Source: Synechococcus sp. (lineage in GTDB: Bacteria; Cyanobacteriota; Cyanobacteriia; Thermostichales; PCC-7336). From it: a DNA stretch of 30,719 nucleotides. Position 1 is the first letter of the stretch. Every line of letters starts with the position of its first letter. This document shows, in pieces, positions 30,131 through 30,719 of the stretch. The stretch spans positions 1 through 30,719 of the forward strand of contig JBFRWN010000095.1 in NCBI GenBank assembly GCA_051439605.1, given 5' to 3'. The notes under the pieces are model-generated. The model was not told the origin of the DNA. It ran no database searches and saw only the letters and a list, made by a program, of their open reading frames with translations. Both the position numbers and the translations under genes were made by a program.

Positions 30131-30219
30131 TTCAAACGCTTAGAGTGGCCGCAGTTGACGTTGATTCTAGAAGTAGTGCCGAAGGCTATTTCTACGCGGT
30201 TGCAAATGACTAGTTAGCT
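30131..30219 (-). mobile_element. Second degenerate attC-like site
   Basis: Minus strand AGCTAAC...GTTTGAA, 89 bp, inner pairings CCGC/GCGG and TAGAAATAG/CTACTTCTA; ends ~30 bp before the sulfotransferase ATG. Confidence 0.5.
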
Positions 30220-30422
30220 GCATTTTCATTCTTAGTCAGCCGGTTTTCAAGATGTGTTGGAATCCAATAGATCGCATACATTAGAGTGACACAAAGCAAG
30301 AAGCTAATCAGAACGAACCCAGCATGCTCCTGAAGAGTTTCTTGAAGAAGGCAGGCCGCTAAGTTGTATCATTAAGTAATAGCATGTAGTATCGCTACAA
30401 AAATAGCACATAAATGAGGCAT
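30210..30422 (-). pseudogene. Remnant of a hydrophobic cassette ORF with internal stops
   Basis: MPHLCAIFVAILHAIT**YNLAACLLQETLQEHAGFVLISFLLCVTLMYAIYWIPTHLENRLTKNENAAN*, stopping immediately after the AGCTAAC box. Confidence 0.35.
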
Positions 30423-30555
30423 TCTATTGTTCCGACGGAATGTTATGGCAGAATGAGTCGCTTAGAGCACTCAATCTCACTTCTACCTATGACTTTTGGC
30501 GGTTCACGGTGCGTTTAAGTTGGGTTTTTAGGTGTGGGCACGTAGTAATGCTATG

Positions 30556-30719
30556 TAATACCAAATCCGGAGCCTCTAACCCCCGAAACACTATCATCAC
30601 TTATGGCCACCAGTGATAGTTAGTCAAGGCGCGAATGTCTTCGGTCATGGAGGTCAACGTGCGACAACGCTCCTCCAAGACATCCTCTAGTTGCTCCAGA
30701 GAATCAAAGCAGCGGTTGA
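30556..30719 (-). mobile_element. End of an IS630-family insertion sequence (partial)
   Basis: TA followed by ATACCAAATCCGG, resembling a cyanobacterial IS630 terminus, ~45 bp past the transposase stop. Confidence 0.75.
30601..30719 (-). CDS. IS630-family transposase C-terminus (partial)
   Basis: NRCFDSLEQLEDVLEERCRTLTSMTEDIRALTNYHWWP*. Confidence 0.8.
   Translation of the reverse strand, partial: NRCFDSLEQLEDVLEERCRTLTSMTEDIRALTNYHWWP

Overview
Chromosomal window from a cyanobacterium (psbD, chlL/chlN, GUN4 domain, frequent HIP1 octamers GCGATCGC). Most of it is housekeeping: 5' end of psbD, DUF1818-like protein, bolA, HAS-barrel protein, TerB-like protein, gltX, a degenerate proA paralogue, pepA, futB-type iron permease, ndk, metK with a SAM-I riboswitch, mlaE/ycf63, a large serine recombinase-like protein with a degenerate catalytic domain, chlL-chlN, desaturase, GUN4-domain protein, lipoprotein, stand-alone DUF2126 amidoligase, fghA and a CYP120-like P450. 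The last ~1.5 kb is AT-rich and accessory: a sulfotransferase between two degenerate attC-like sites (decayed integron cassette array) and the end of an IS630 element. Best leads: a three-way-junction/kissing-loop RNA fold in the chlL leader, the SAM-I riboswitch with a long repeat-containing expression platform, the attC-like array, the apparently inactive recombinase and ProA, and two frameshifted genes. All family assignments come from motif recognition by eye; no searches or folding programs were run.
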